Assembly (NCBI RefSeq): GCF_046119375.1
Contig: NW_027362770.1
Coordinates: forward strand, 184,512,001 to 184,576,000
DNA: 64,000 bases
Direction of reading: 5' to 3'
From: Phyllobates terribilis
Taxonomy: Eukaryota
Shown: positions 1-13,861 of the stretch, in pieces
Layout of the letters: the number at the start of each line of letters is the position of its first letter
Numbering within the stretch: the first letter of the stretch is position 1
Program-made: the position numbers and the translations under genes
Notes under the pieces: model-generated
Told to the model about the DNA's origin: nothing
What the model saw: the letters and a program-made list of their open reading frames with translations, nothing else
The model's database searches: none

Positions 1-3000
1 ATCCTGTACCGAGTGTCAGTGTCATCATCCTGTACCCCGAGTGTCAGTGTCATTATCCTGTACCGCGAGTGTCAGTGTCATTATCCTGTACCCCGAGTGT
101 CAGTGTCATTATCCTTCACCCCGAGTGTCAGTGTCATCATCCTGTACCCCGAGTGTCAGTGTCACTATCCTTTACCCCGAGTGTCAGTGTCATTATCCTT
201 TACCCCAAGTGTCAGTGTCATTATCCTTTACCCCGAGTGTCAGTGTCATTATCCTTTACCCTGAGTGTCAGTGTCATCATCCTGTACCCCGAGTGTCAGT
301 GTCATTATTCTGTACCCCGAGTGTCAGTGTCATTATCCTGTACCCCGAGTGCCATTATCCTGTACCCCGAGAGTCAGTGGCATTATCCTGTACCGAGTGT
401 CAGTGGCATTATCCTTTACCTTGAGTGTCAGTGTCATTATCCTGTACCCCGAGTGTCATTATCCTGTACCCCGAGTGTCATTATCCTGTACCCCGAGTGT
501 CAGTGTCATTATCCTGCACCCCGAGTGTCAGTGTCATTATCCTTTACCCCGAGTGTCAGTGTCATCATCCTGTACCCCGAGTGTCAGTGTCATTATCCTG
601 TACCGAGTGTCAGTGTCATCATCCTGTACCCCGAGTGTCAGTGTCATTATCCTGTACCGCGAGTGTCAGTGTCATTATCCTGTACCCCGAGTGTCAGTGT
701 CATTATCCTTCACCCCGAGTGTCAGTGTCATCATCCTGTACCCCGAGTGTCAGTGTCACTATCCTTTACCCCGAGTGTCAGTGTCATTATCCTTTACCCC
801 AAGTGTCAGTGTCATTATCCTTTACCCCGAGTGTCAGTGTCATTATCCTTTACCCTGAGTGTCAGTGTCATCATCCTGTACCCCGAGTGTCAGTGTCATT
901 ATTCTGTACCCCGAGTGTCAGTGTCATTATCCTGTACCCCGAGTGCCATTATCCTGTACCCCGAGAGTCAGTGGCATTATCCTGTACCGAGTGTCAGTGG
1001 CATTATCCTTTACCTTGAGTGTCAGTGTCATTATCCTGTACCCCGAGTGTCATTATCCTGTACCCCGAGTGCCAGTGTCATTATCCTGTACCCCGAGTGT
1101 CAGTGTCATCATCCTGTACCCCGAGTGTCATTATCCTTTACCCCGAGTGTCAGTGTCATTATCCTTTACCTTGAGTGTCAGTGTCATTATCCTGTACCCC
1201 GAGTGTCATTATCCTGTACCCCGAGTGTCATTATCCTGTACCCCGAGTGTCAGTGTCATTATCCTGTACCCCGAGTGTCAGTGTCATCATCCTGTACCCC
1301 GAGTGTCAGTGTCATTATCCTGTACCCCGAGTGTCAGTGTCATTATCCTGTACCCCGAGTGCCATTATCCTGTACCCCGAGAGTCAGTGGCATTATCCTG
1401 TACCGAGTGTCAGTGGCATTATCCTTTACCTTGAGTGTCAGTGTCATTATCCTGTACCCCGAGTGTCATTATCCTGTACCCCGAGTGCCAGTGTCATTAT
1501 CCTGTACCCCGAGTGTCAGTGTCATCATCCTGTACTCCGAGTGTCAGTGTCATTATCCTGTACCCTGAGTGTCAGTGTCATTATCCTGTACCCCGAGTGT
1601 CAGTGTCATTATCCTGTACCCCGAGTGCCAGTGTCATTATCCTGTACCCCGAGTGTCAGTGTCATCATCCTGTACTCCGAGTGTCAGTGTCATTATCCTG
1701 TACCCCGAGTGTCAGTGTCATTATCCTGTACCCCGAGTGTCAGTGTCATTATCCTGTACCCTGAGTGTCATTATCCTTTACCCCGAGTGTCAGTGTCATT
1801 ATCCTTTACCCTGAGTGTCAGTGTCATCATCCTGTACCCCGAGTGTCAGTGTCATCATCCTGTACCCCGAGTGTCAGTGTCATTATTCTTTACCCCGAGT
1901 GTCAGTGTCATTATTCTTTACCCTGAGTGTCAGCGTCATTATCCTGTACCCCGAGAGTCATTGTCATCATCTTGTACCCCGAGTGTCAGTGTCATTATCC
2001 TTTACCTTGACTGTCAGTGTCATCATCCTGCACCCCGAGTGTCAGTGTCATTATCCTGTACCCCGAGTGCCATTATCCTGTAACCCGAGAGTCAGTGGCA
2101 TTATCCTGTACCGAGTGTCAGTGGCATTATCCTTTACCTTGAGTGTCAGTGTCATTATCCTGTACCCCGACTGTCATTATCCTGTACCCCGAGTGTCAGT
2201 GTCATCATCCTGTACCCCGAGTGTCAGTGTCATTATCCTGTACCCCGAGTGTCAGTGTCATTATCCTGTACCCCGAGTGCCATTATCCTGTACCCCGAGA
2301 GTCAGTGGCATTATCCTGTACCGAGTGTCAGTGGCATTATCCTTTACCCTGACTGTCAGTGTCATCATCTTGTACCCCGAGTGTCAGTGTCATTATCCTT
2401 TACCCCGAGTGTCAGTGTCATCATCTTGTACCCCGAGTGTCAGTGTCATTATCCTTTACCCTGACTGTCAGTGTCATCATCTTGTACCCCGAGTGTCAGT
2501 GTCATTATCCTGTACCCCGAGTGTCATTATCCTGTACCCCGAGTGCCAGTGTCATTATCCTGTACCCCGAGTGTCAGTGTCATCATCCTGTACTCCGAGT
2601 GTCAGTGTCATCATCCTGTACTCCGAGTGTCAGTGTTATTATCCTGTACCCCGAGTGTCAGCGTCATTATCCTGTACCCCGAGAGTCAGTGTCATTATCC
2701 TTTACCCTGACTGTCAGTGTCATCATCTTGTACCCCGAGTGTCAGTGTCATTATCCTTTACCCCGAGTGTCAGTGTCATCATCTTGTACCCCGAGTGTCA
2801 GTGTCATTATCCTTTACCCTGACTGTCAGTGTCATCATCTTGTACCCCGAGTGTCAGTGTCATTATCCTTTACCCTGACTGTCAGTGTCATCATCCTGCA
2901 CCCCGAGTGTCAGTGTCATTATCCTGTACCAAGAGTGTCAGTGTCATTATCCTGTACCCCGAGTGTCAGTGTCATTATCCTGTACCAAGAGTGTCAGTGT

Positions 3001-6000
3001 CATTATCCTGTACCCCGAGTGCCATTATCCTGTACCCCGAGTGTCAGTGTCATTATCCTGTACCCCGAGTGTCAGTGTCATTATCCTGTACCCCGAGTGT
3101 CAGCGTCACTATCCTGTACCCCGAGTGTCAGTGTCATCATTCTTTACCCCGAGTGTCAGTGTCATCATCCTGTACCCCGAGTGTCAGTGTCATCATCCTG
3201 TACCCCGAGTGTCAGTGTTATCATCCTTTACCCCGAGTGTCAGTGTCATCATCCTGTACCGAGTGTCAGCGTCATTATCCTGTACCCCGAGTGTCAGCGT
3301 CATTATCCTGTACCCCGAGTGTCAGCGTCACTATCCTGTACCCCGAGTGTCAGTGTCATCATTCTTTACCCCGAGTGTCAGTGTCATCATCCTGTACCCC
3401 GAGTGTCAGTGTCATCATCCTGTACCCCGAGTGTCAGTGTCATCATCCTTTACCCCGAGTGTCAGTGTCATCATCCTGTACCGAGTGTCAGTGTCATTAT
3501 TCTGTACCCCGAGTGTCAGTGTCATCATCCTGTACTCCGAGTGTCAGTGTCACTATCCTGATCCCCGAGTGTCAGTGTCACTATCCTGCACCCCGAGTGT
3601 CAGTGTCACTATCCTGCTCCCCGAGTGTCAGTGTCACTATCCTGTACCCCGAGTGTCAGTGTCACTATCCTGCTCCCCGAGTGTCAGTGTCACTATCCTG
3701 CTCCCCGAGTGTCAGCGTCACTATCCTGCTCCCCGAGTGTCAGCGTCACTATCCTGCTCCCCGAGTGTCAGCGTCACTATCCTGTACCCCGAGTGTCAGC
3801 GTCACTATCCTGCTCCCCGAGTGTCAGCGTCACTATCCTGCTCCCCGAGTGTCAGCGTCACTATCCTGCTCCCCGAGTGTCAGCGTCACTATCCTGCTCC
3901 CCGAGTGTCAGCGTCACTATCCGGCTCCCCGAGTGTCAGTGTCACTATCCTGCTCCCCGAGTGTCAGTGTCACTATCCGGCTCCCCGAGTGTCAGCGTCA
4001 CTATCCTGCTCCCCGAGTGTCAGCGTCACTATCCTGCTCCCCGAGTGTCAGTGTCATCATCCTGTACCCCGAGTGTCAGTGTCATTATTCTTTACCCCGA
4101 GTGTCAGTGTCATTATTCTTTACCCTGAGTGTCAGCGTCATTATCCTGTACCCCGAGAGTCATTGTCATCATCTTGTACCCCGAGTGTCAGTGTCATTAT
4201 CCTTTACCTTGACTGTCAGTGTCATCATCCTGCACCCCGAGTGTCAGTGTCATTATCCTGTACCCCGAGTGCCATTATCCTGTAACCCGAGAGTCAGTGG
4301 CATTATCCTGTACCGAGTGTCAGTGGCATTATCCTTTACCTTGAGTGTCAGTGTCATTATCCTGTACCCCGACTGTCATTATCCTGTACCCCGAGTGTCA
4401 GTGTCATCATCCTGTACCCCGAGTGTCAGTGTCATTATCCTGTACCCCGAGTGTCAGTGTCATTATCCTGTACCCCGAGTGCCATTATCCTGTACCCCGA
4501 GAGTCAGTGGCATTATCCTGTACCGAGTGTCAGTGGCATTATCCTTTACCCTGACTGTCAGTGTCATCATCTTGTACCCCGAGTGTCAGTGTCATTATCC
4601 TTTACCCCGAGTGTCAGTGTCATCATCTTGTACCCCGAGTGTCAGTGTCATTATCCTTTACCCTGACTGTCAGTGTCATCATCTTGTACCCCGAGTGTCA
4701 GTGTCATTATCCTGTACCCCGAGTGTCATTATCCTGTACCCCGAGTGCCAGTGTCATTATCCTGTACCCCGAGTGTCAGTGTCATCATCCTGTACTCCGA
4801 GTGTCAGTGTCATCATCCTGTACTCCGAGTGTCAGTGTTATTATCCTGTACCCCGAGTGTCAGCGTCATTATCCTGTACCCCGAGAGTCAGTGTCATTAT
4901 CCTTTACCCCGAGTGTCAGTGTCATCATCTTGTACCCCGAGTGTCAGTGTCATTATCCTTTACCCCGAGTGTCAGTGTCATCATCTTGTACCCCGAGTGT
5001 CAGTGTCATTATCCTTTACCCCGAGTGTCAGTGTCATCATCTTGTACCCTGAGTGTCAGTGTCATTATCCTTTACCCTGACTGTCAGTGTCATCATCCTG
5101 CACCCCGAGTGTCAGTGTCATTATCCTGTACCAAGAGTGTCAGTGTCATTATCCTGTACCCCGAGTGCCATTATCCTGTACCCCGAGAGTCAGTGGCATT
5201 ATCCTGTACCAAGTGTCAGTGTCATTATCCTGTACCCCGAGTGTCAGTGTCATTATCCTGTACCCCGAGTGTCAGCGTCACTATCCTGTACCCCGAGTGT
5301 CAGTGTCATCATTCTTTACCCCGAGTGTCAGTGTCATCATCCTGTACCCCGAGTGTCAGTGTCATCATCCTGTACCCCGAGTGTCAGTGTTATCATCCTT
5401 TACCCCGAGTGTCAGTGTCATCATCCTGTACCGAGTGTCAGCGTCATTATCCTGTACCCCGAGTGTCAGCGTCACTATCCTGTACCCCGAGTGTCAGTGT
5501 CATCATTCTTTACCCCGAGTGTCAGTGTCATCATCCTGTACCCCGAGTGTCAGTGTCATCATCCTGTACCCCGAGTGTCAGTGTCATCATCCTTTACCCC
5601 GAGTGTCAGTGTCATCATCCTGTACCGAGTGTCAGTGTCATTATTCTGTACCCCGAGTGTCAGTGTCATCATCCTGTACTCCGAGTGTCAGTGTCACTAT
5701 CCTGATCCCCGAGTGTCAGTGTCACTATCCTGCACCCCGAGTGTCAGTGTCACTATCCTGCTCCCCGAGTGTCAGTGTCACTATCCTGTACCCCGAGTGT
5801 CAGTGTCACTATCCTGCTCCCCGAGTGCCAGTGTCACTATCCTGCTCCCCGAGTGTCAGCGTCACTATCCTGCTCCCCGAGTGTCAGCGTCACTATCCTG
5901 CTCCCCGAGTGTCAGCGTCACTATCCTGTACCCCGAGTGTCAGCGTCACTATCCTGCTCCCCGAGTGTCAGCGTCACTATCCTGCTCCCCGAGTGTCAGC

Positions 6001-6185
6001 GTCACTATCCTGCTCCCCGAGTGTCAGCGTCACTATCCTGCTCCCCGAGTGTCAGCGTCACTATCCTGCTCCCCGAGTGTCAGTGTCACTATCCGGCTCC
6101 CCGAGTGTCAGTGTCACTATCCTGCTCCCCGAGTGTCAGTGTCACTATCCTGCTCCCCGAGTGTCAGTGTCACTATCCGGCTGCC
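1..6185. repeat. 28-bp minisatellite (GAGTGTCAGTGTCATTATCCTGTACCCC)n, ~220 units, runs off the window edge
   Basis: Direct reading; variant units recur at 594- and 2202-bp offsets. Confidence 0.97.
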
Positions 6186-6216
6186 CGGATGATATTACTC
6201 CTCTGTTTCTCCTTAC

Positions 6217-6474
6217 CTTTCTGGGATCAGCGATGTCCAGGATTGTAGAGAAATCCAATAAGAATCCAGCACTGATTCTGGGGTCAGGGGGAATCCATCC
6301 TGATAGCAAGAAGTAAGTCCGATGGTCAGAGCAGAGACAATGGAGCCTGGCAGTCAGAGGATGGAGTCCAGAGCATCCGATCAGCGGAGAACAGAGGTCA
6401 GTGCGTGAAGAGAGAATCCTGGAGGTGAGAGCAGAGATAGCAGACCATCGGGCCACCGCTGGATGACAAGGGGC
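6217..6474 (-). CDS. Candidate internal coding exon (258 nt, phase 0/0) of an unidentified gene
   Basis: Acceptor ctcttgtttccag|G, donor AAAG|GTAAGG, open in the acceptor frame: APCHPAVARWSAISALTSRILSSRTDLCSPLIGCSGLHPLTARLHCLCSDHRTYFLLSGWIPPDPRISAGFLLDFSTILDIADPRK; protein not recognised. Confidence 0.45.
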
Positions 6475-6490
6475 CTGGAAACAAGAGGCT

Positions 6491-8453
6491 GGGGGTCAGT
6501 GCAGAGACAGAGGGTCAGTGCAGGGAGAGCAGAGACAGAGTGTCAGTGCAGGGACAGCAGAGACAGAGTGTCAGTGCAGGGAGAGCAGAGACAGAGTGTC
6601 AGTGCAGAGACTGAGGGTCAGTGCAGAGAGAGCAGAGACAGAGGGTCAGTGCAGAGACTGGTGGTCTGTGCAGAGACAGAGGGTCAGTGCAGGGAGAGCA
6701 GAGGCCGGGTCAGTGCAGGGAGAGCAGAGACAGAGGGTCAGTGCAGAGACTGAGGGTCAGTGCAGAGAGAGCAGAGACAGAGGGTCAGTGCAGAGACTGG
6801 TGGTCTGTGCAGAGACAGAGGGTCAGTGCAGGGAGAGCAGAGGCCGGGTCAGTGCAGGGAGAGCAGAGACAGAGGGTCAGTGCAGAGACTGAGGGTCAGT
6901 GCAGAGAGAGCAGAGACAGAGGGTCAGTGCAGATACTGGTGGTCAGTGCAGAGACAGAGGGTCAGTGCAGGGAGAGCAGAGACAGAGTGTCAGTGCAGGG
7001 AGAGCAGAGACAGAGGGTCAGTGCAGAGACAGAGGGTCAGTGCAGAGACTGAGGGTCAGTGCAGAGAGAGCAGAGACAGAGGGTCAGTGCAGAGACTGGT
7101 GGTCAGTGCAGAGACAGAGGGTCAGTGCAGGGAGAGCAGAGACAGAGTGTCAGTGCAGGGAGAGCAGAGACAGAGGGTCAGTGCAGAGACTGAGGGTCAG
7201 TGCAGAGAGAGCAGAGACAGAGGGTCAGTGCAGAGACTGGTGGTCTGTGCAGAGACAGAGGGTCAGTGCAGGGAGAGCAGAGGCCGGGTCAGTGCAGGGA
7301 GAGCAGAGACAGAGGGTCAGTGCAGAGACTGAGGGTCAGTGCAGAGAGAGCAGAGACAGAGGGTCAGTGCAGAGACTGGTGGTCAGTGCAGGGAGAGCAG
7401 AGACAGAGTGTCAGTGCAGGGAGAGCAGAGACAGAGGGTCAGTGCAGAGACTGAGGGTCAGTGCAGAGAGAGCAGAGACAGAGGGTCAGTGCAGAGACTG
7501 GTGGTCTGTGCAGAGACAGAGGGTCAGTGCAGGGAGAGCAGAGGCCGGGTCAGTGCAGGGAGAGCAGAGACAGAGGGTCAGTGCAGAGACTGAGGGTCAG
7601 TGCAGAGAGAGCAGAGACAGAGGGTCAGTGCAGAGACTGGTGGTCAGTGCAGAGACAGAGGGTCAGTGCAGAGAATGGGGGTCAGTGCAGAAACAGAGGG
7701 TCAGTGCAGGGAGAGCAGAGACTGAGGGTCAGTTCAGGGAGAGCAGAGACTGAGGGTCAGTGCTGAGAGTGTAGAGACAGAGGGTCAGAGCAGAGACAGG
7801 GTGTCAGTGCAGAAAGCAGAGACTGAGGGTCAGAGCAGGGAGAGCAGAGACTGGGGATCAGTGCAGAGAGTGTAGAGACTGAAGGTCAGTGCAGGGAGTG
7901 CAGAGACAGGGTGTCAGTGCAGGGAGTGTAGAGACAGGGTGTCAGTGCAGGGAGAGCAGAGACAGAGGGTCAGTGCAGGGAGAGCAGAGACAGAGGGTCA
8001 GTGCAGGGAGAGCAGAGACAGAGGGTCAGTGCAGAGACTGGTGGTCAGTGCAGAGACAGAGGGTCAGTGCAGAGACTGGTGGTCAGTGCAGAGACAGAGG
8101 GTCAGTGCAGAGACAGAGGGTCAGTGCAGGGAGAGCAGAGACTGAGGGTCAGTGCAGAGACAGAGGGTCAGTGCAGAGACAGAGGGTCAGTGCAGAGACT
8201 GGTGGTCAGTGCAGAGACAGAGGGTCAGTGCAGAGACAGAGGGTCAGTGCAGAGACTGGTGGTCAGTGCAGAGACAGGGTGTCAGTGCAGGGAGAGCAGA
8301 GACAGAGGGTCAGTGTAGGGAGAGCAGAGACAGAGGGTCAGTGCAGGGAGAGCAGAGACAGAGGGTCAGTGCAGAGACTGGGGGTCAGTGCAGAGACAGC
8401 GGGTCAGTGCAGAGACAGAGGGTTAGTGCAGAGACAGAGGGTCAGTGCAGAGT
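6491..8453. repeat. Purine-rich minisatellite of mixed 18/28-bp units (GGTCAGTGCAGAGACAGAG / GTCAGTGCAGGGAGAGCAGAGACAGAGG)
   Basis: Direct reading; 139-bp higher-order period (ORF starts 6621, 6760, 6899). Confidence 0.95.
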
Positions 8454-8766
8454 CCATGGAGGGCAGAGCTGGGTCAGTGGTGGCAGAGGCTCCTCTGTCC
8501 TCTCCTCTGTCCTCTCCTCCAGGCTCCACAGTTGCTCGGGATATTTAAAGGATGAAGGAAGTGATTGTCGCCTCCCCGCCCCACATTCCAGGGTCCAGCC
8601 GAGAGCAGGAGGGCGAGAGGGCACCGGGCAGCCGGGTCACCAGACGCCCCCAGCATCACTATCTGTCCTTCTCCTGCACTGACCACAGGGGGCGTCTTCT
8701 GGGAAAGCTGGGTGACCACTCTGGTGACAGTGCTGGGGAGAGGGGAGACAGTCACTGCTGGTAGTG

Positions 8767-9630
8767 GTCCCGGTGTACGGGCCCCTGGGGGGCAGAGTCC
8801 CGGTGTACGGGGCCCTGCGGGGCAGTGTCCAGTTGTACGGGGCCCTGGGGGGCAGTGTCCCGGTGTACGGGGCCCTGGGGGGCAGAGTCCTGGTGTTCGG
8901 GGCCCTGCGGGGCAGTGTCCCGGTGTACGGGGCCCTGGGGGGCAGAGTCCCGGTGTACGGGGCCCTGGGGGGCAGAGTCCCGGTGTACGGGGCCCTGGGG
9001 GGCAGAGTCCCAGTGTGCGGGGCAGTGTCCCGGTGTACGGGGCCCTGGGGGGCAGAGTCCTGGTGTACGGGGCCCTGCGGGGCAGTGTCCCGGTGTACGG
9101 GGCCCTGGGGGGCAGAGTCCTGGTGTACGGGGCCCTGCGGGGCAGTGTCCCGGTGTACGGGGCCCTGGGGGGCAGAGTTCCGGTGTACGGGGCCCTGGGG
9201 GGCAGAGTCCCGGTGTACGGGGCCCTGGGGGGCAGAGTCCCGGTGTACGGGGCCCTGGGGGGCAGAGTTCCGGTGTACGGGGCCCTGGGGGGCAGAGTTC
9301 CGGTGTACGGGGCCCTGGGGGGCAGTGTCCCGGTGTACGGGGCCCTGGGGGGCAGAGTCCCGGTGTACGGGGCCCTGGGGGGGCAGAGTCCCGGTGTACG
9401 GGGCCCTGGGGGGCAGAGTCCCGGTGTACGGGGCCCTGCGGGGCAGAGTCCCGGTGTACGGGGCCCTGGGGGGCAGAGTCCCGGTGTACGGGGCCCTGGG
9501 GGGCAGAGTCCCGGTGTACGGGGCCCTGGGGGGCAGAGTCCCGGTGTACGGGGCCCTGGGGGGCAGAGTCCCGGTGTACGGGGCCCTGGGGGGCAGAGTC
9601 CCGGTGTACGGGGCCCTGGGGGGCAGAGTC
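8767..9630. repeat. 30-bp GC-rich minisatellite (CGGTGTACGGGGCCCTGGGGGGCAGAGTCC)n, ~29 units
   Basis: Direct reading. Confidence 0.96.
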
Positions 9631-9801
9631 CTGCTTTTCCCGTCTTTGCTTCTTCCACCTTTTCATCTTTCGGTCGCTGGATCAGGACGAGATGGAGATT
9701 TTATCTTTACTAATTGGAGGTCCGGACCCCCGAATACAACACAACGCCCACCTGCAGGCGTCAGATCAGGGAGACCAGGGACCGACTCCTGAGACCCTGA
9801 G

Positions 9802-12800
9802 CGGATTAGATACACGACTCAGCAGACAGTATCACACAGGAGAGGATTAGATACACGGCTCAGCAGTCAGTATCACACAGGAGAGGATTAGATACACGGC
9901 TCAGCAGACAGTATCACACAGGATAGGATTAGATACACAGCTCAGCAGAAAGTATCACACAGGAGAGGATTAGATACACAGCTCAGCAGTCAGTATCACA
10001 CAGGATAGGATTAGATACACGGCTCAGCAGACAGTATCACACAGGAGAGGATTAGATACACGGCTCAGCAGACAGTATCACACAGGAGAGGATTAGATAC
10101 ACAGCTCAGCAGTCAGTATCACACATGATGGAGTTAGATACACGGCTCAGCAGACAGTATCACACAGGATAGGATTAGATACACGGCTCAGAAGACAGTA
10201 TCACACAGGAGAGGATTAGATACATGGCTCAGCAGACGGTATCACACAGGAGAGGATTAGATATACAGCTCAGCAGACAGTATCACACAGGAGAGGATTA
10301 GATACACGGCTCAGCAGTCAGTATCACACAGGATAGGATTAGATACACGGCTCAGAAGACAGTATCACACAGGAGAGGATTAGATACATGGCTCAGCAGA
10401 CGGTATCACACAGGAGAGGATTAGATACACGGCTCAGAAGACAGTATCACACAGGATAGGATTAGATACACGACTCAGCTGACAGTATCACACAGGAGAG
10501 GATTAGATACATGGCTCAGCAGACGGTATCACACAGGAGAGGATTAGATACACGGCTCAGCAGACAGTATCACACAGGAGAGGATTAGATACACGGCTCA
10601 GCAGACGGTATCACACAGGAGAGGATTAGATACACAGCTCAGCAGACAGTATCACACAGGAGAGGATTAGATACACGGCTCAGCAGTCAGTATCACACAG
10701 GAGAGGATTAGATACACGGCTCAGAAGACAGTATCACACAGGAGAGGATTAGATACATGGCTCAGCAGACGGTATCACACAGGAGAGGATTAGATACACG
10801 GCTCAGAAGACAGTATCACACAGGATAGGATTAGATACACGGCTCAGAAGACAGTATCACACAGGAGAGGATTAGATACATGGCTCAGCAGACGGTATCA
10901 CACAGGAGAGGATTAGATACACGGCTCAGCAGACAGTATCACACAGGAGAGGATTAGATACACGGCTCAGCAGACGGTATCACACAGGAGAGGATTAGAT
11001 ACACAGCTCAGCAGACAGTATCACACAGGAGAGGATTAGATACACGGCTCAGCAGACGGTATCACACAGGAGAGGATTAGATACACAGCTCAGCAGACAG
11101 TATCACACAGGAGAGGATTAGATACACGGCTCAGCAGACAGTATCACACAGGAGAGGATTAGATACACGGCTCAGCAGACAGTATCACACAGGAGAGGAT
11201 TAGATACACAGCTCAGCAGACAGTATCACACAGGAGAGGATTAGATACACAGCTCAGCAGATGGTATCACACAGGATAGGATTAGATACACGGCTCAGCA
11301 GACAGTATCACACAGGAAAGGATTAGATACACGGCTCAGCAGACAGTATCACACAGGAGAGGATGAGAGACACGGCTCAGCAGACAGTATCACACAGGAG
11401 AGGATTAGATACACGGCTCAGCAGACAGTATCACACAGGAGAGGATTAGATACACGGCTCAGCAGACAGTATCACACAGGAGAGGATTAGATACACGGCT
11501 CAGCAGACAGTATCACACAGGAGAGGATTAGATACACGGCTCAGCAGACAGTATCACACAGGAGAGGATTAGATACACGGCTCAGCAGACAGTATCACAC
11601 AGGAGAGGATTAGATACACGGCTCAGCAGACAGTATCACACAGGAGAGGATTAGATACACAGCTCAGCAGACAGTATCACACAGGAGAGGATTAGATACA
11701 CAGCTCAGCAGACAGTATCACACAGGAGAGGATTAGATACACGGCTCAGCAGACAGTATCACACAGGAGAGGATTAGATACACGGCTCAGCAGTCAGTAT
11801 CACACAGGAGAGGATTAGATACACAGCTCAGCAGACAGTATCACACAGGAGAGGATTAGATACTCGGCTCAGCAGACAGTATCACACAGGAGAGGATTAG
11901 ATACACGGCTCAGCAGTCAGTATCACACAGGAGAGGATTAGATACACGGCTCAGCAGACAGTATCACACATGATGGAGTTAGATACACGGCTCAGAAGAC
12001 AGTATCACACAGGAGAGGATGAGAGACACGGCTCAGCAGACAGTATCACACAGGAGAGGATTAGATACACGGCTCAGCAGACAGTATCACACAGGAGAGG
12101 ATTAGATACACGGCTCAGCAGACGGTATCACACAGGAGAGGATTAGATACACAGCTCAGCAGACAGTATCACACAGGAGAGGATTAGATACACGGCTCAG
12201 CAGACGGTATCACACAGGAGAGGATTAGATACACAGCTCAGCAGACAGTATCACACAGGAGAGGATTAGATACACAGCTCAGCAGACAGTATCACACAGG
12301 AGAGGATTAGATACACGGCTCAGCAGACAGTATCACACAGGAGAGGATTAGATACACAGCTCAGCAGACAGTATCACACAGGAGAGGATTAGATACACAG
12401 CTCAGCAGACAGTGTCACACAGGAGAGGATTAGATACACGGCTCAGCAGACAGTATCATACAGGAGAGGATTAGATACACGGCTCAGCAGACGGTATCAC
12501 ACAGGAGAGGATTAGATACACGGCTCAGCAGACAGTGTCACACAGGAGAGGATTAGATACACGGCTCAGCAGACAGTATCACACAGGATAGGATTAGATA
12601 CACGGCTCAGCAGACAGTATCACACATGATGGAGTTAGATACACGGCTCAGCAGACAGTATCACACAGGAGAGGATTAGATACACAGCTCAGCAGAAAGT
12701 ATCACACAGGAGAGGGGATTAAATACACGGCTCAGCAGACAGTATCACACAGGAGAGGATTAGATACACGGCTCAGCAGACAGTATCACACAGGAAAGGA

Positions 12801-13523
12801 TTAGATACACGGCTCAGCAGACAGTATCACACAGGATAGGATTAGATACACGGCTCAGCAGACAGTATCACACAGGAGAGAACTAGATACACGGCTCAGC
12901 AGACAGTATCACACATGATGGAGTTAGATACACGGCTCAGAAGACAGTATCACACAGGAGAGGATTAGATACACAGCTCAGCAGAAAGTATCACACAGGA
13001 GAGAGGATTAGATACACGGCTCAGCAGACAGTATCACACAGGAGAGGATTAGATACACGGCTCAGCAGACAGTATCACACAGGAGAGGACTAGATACACG
13101 GCTCAGCAGACAGTATCACACATGATGGAGTTAGATACACGGCTCAGAAGACAGTATCACACAGGATAGGATTAGATACACAGCTCAGCAGAAAGTATCA
13201 CACAGGAGAGGATTAGATACACAGCTCAGCAGACAGTATCACACAGGAGAGGATTAGATACACGGCTCAGCAGACAGTATCACACAGGAGAGGATTAGAT
13301 ACACAGCTCAGCAGACAGTATCACACAGGAGAGGATTAGATACACAGCTCAGCAGACAGTATCACACAGGAGAGGATTAGATACAGGGCTCAGCAGACAG
13401 TATCACACAGGAGAGGATTAGATACACAGCTCAGCAGACAGTATCACACAGGAGAGGATTAGATACACAGCTCAGCAGACAGTATCACACAGGAGAGGAT
13501 TAGATACAGGGCTCAGCAGACAG
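9802..13523. repeat. 41-bp satellite (GATTAGATACACGGCTCAGCAGACAGTATCACACAGGAGAG)n, ~90 units
   Basis: Direct reading; period 41 (e.g. 11401 and 11442). Confidence 0.97.
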
Positions 13524-13861
13524 TTTCTGGTATATGGCTGTGATCCCGTGTGCTGAGGCTTAGATACAGCAGAGCGGTATTTTCCTCGGTGTGATCTTCT
13601 GCTTACGCTGCACTTTTCGGCAGCCGCCTGTGGTGACCTCTTCCCCTTGTGGTGTCGCCGCCCTGCTGTTCGCTGGTCCCATCTGCACATCTGAGGATCC
13701 AGATGCTTTGATAAGAGGTGGCCCTGCCGAGAGAAGCTCAGCCTCCGGGGCGGACGGGGACTACAACCCCGAAATGCCGTCACCCCCAACAGCTGCGGAG
13801 CCGCATTAACCCCCTCAGTACCAGGGGCTGCTCACAGATTTCTAATGAGCAAGCAATGGTA

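Noticed and set aside
13-9850. Dozens of long ORFs (up to 958 aa) in the ORF track
   Set aside because: They are translations of stop-free tandem repeats, open in several frames at once, with no domain content.
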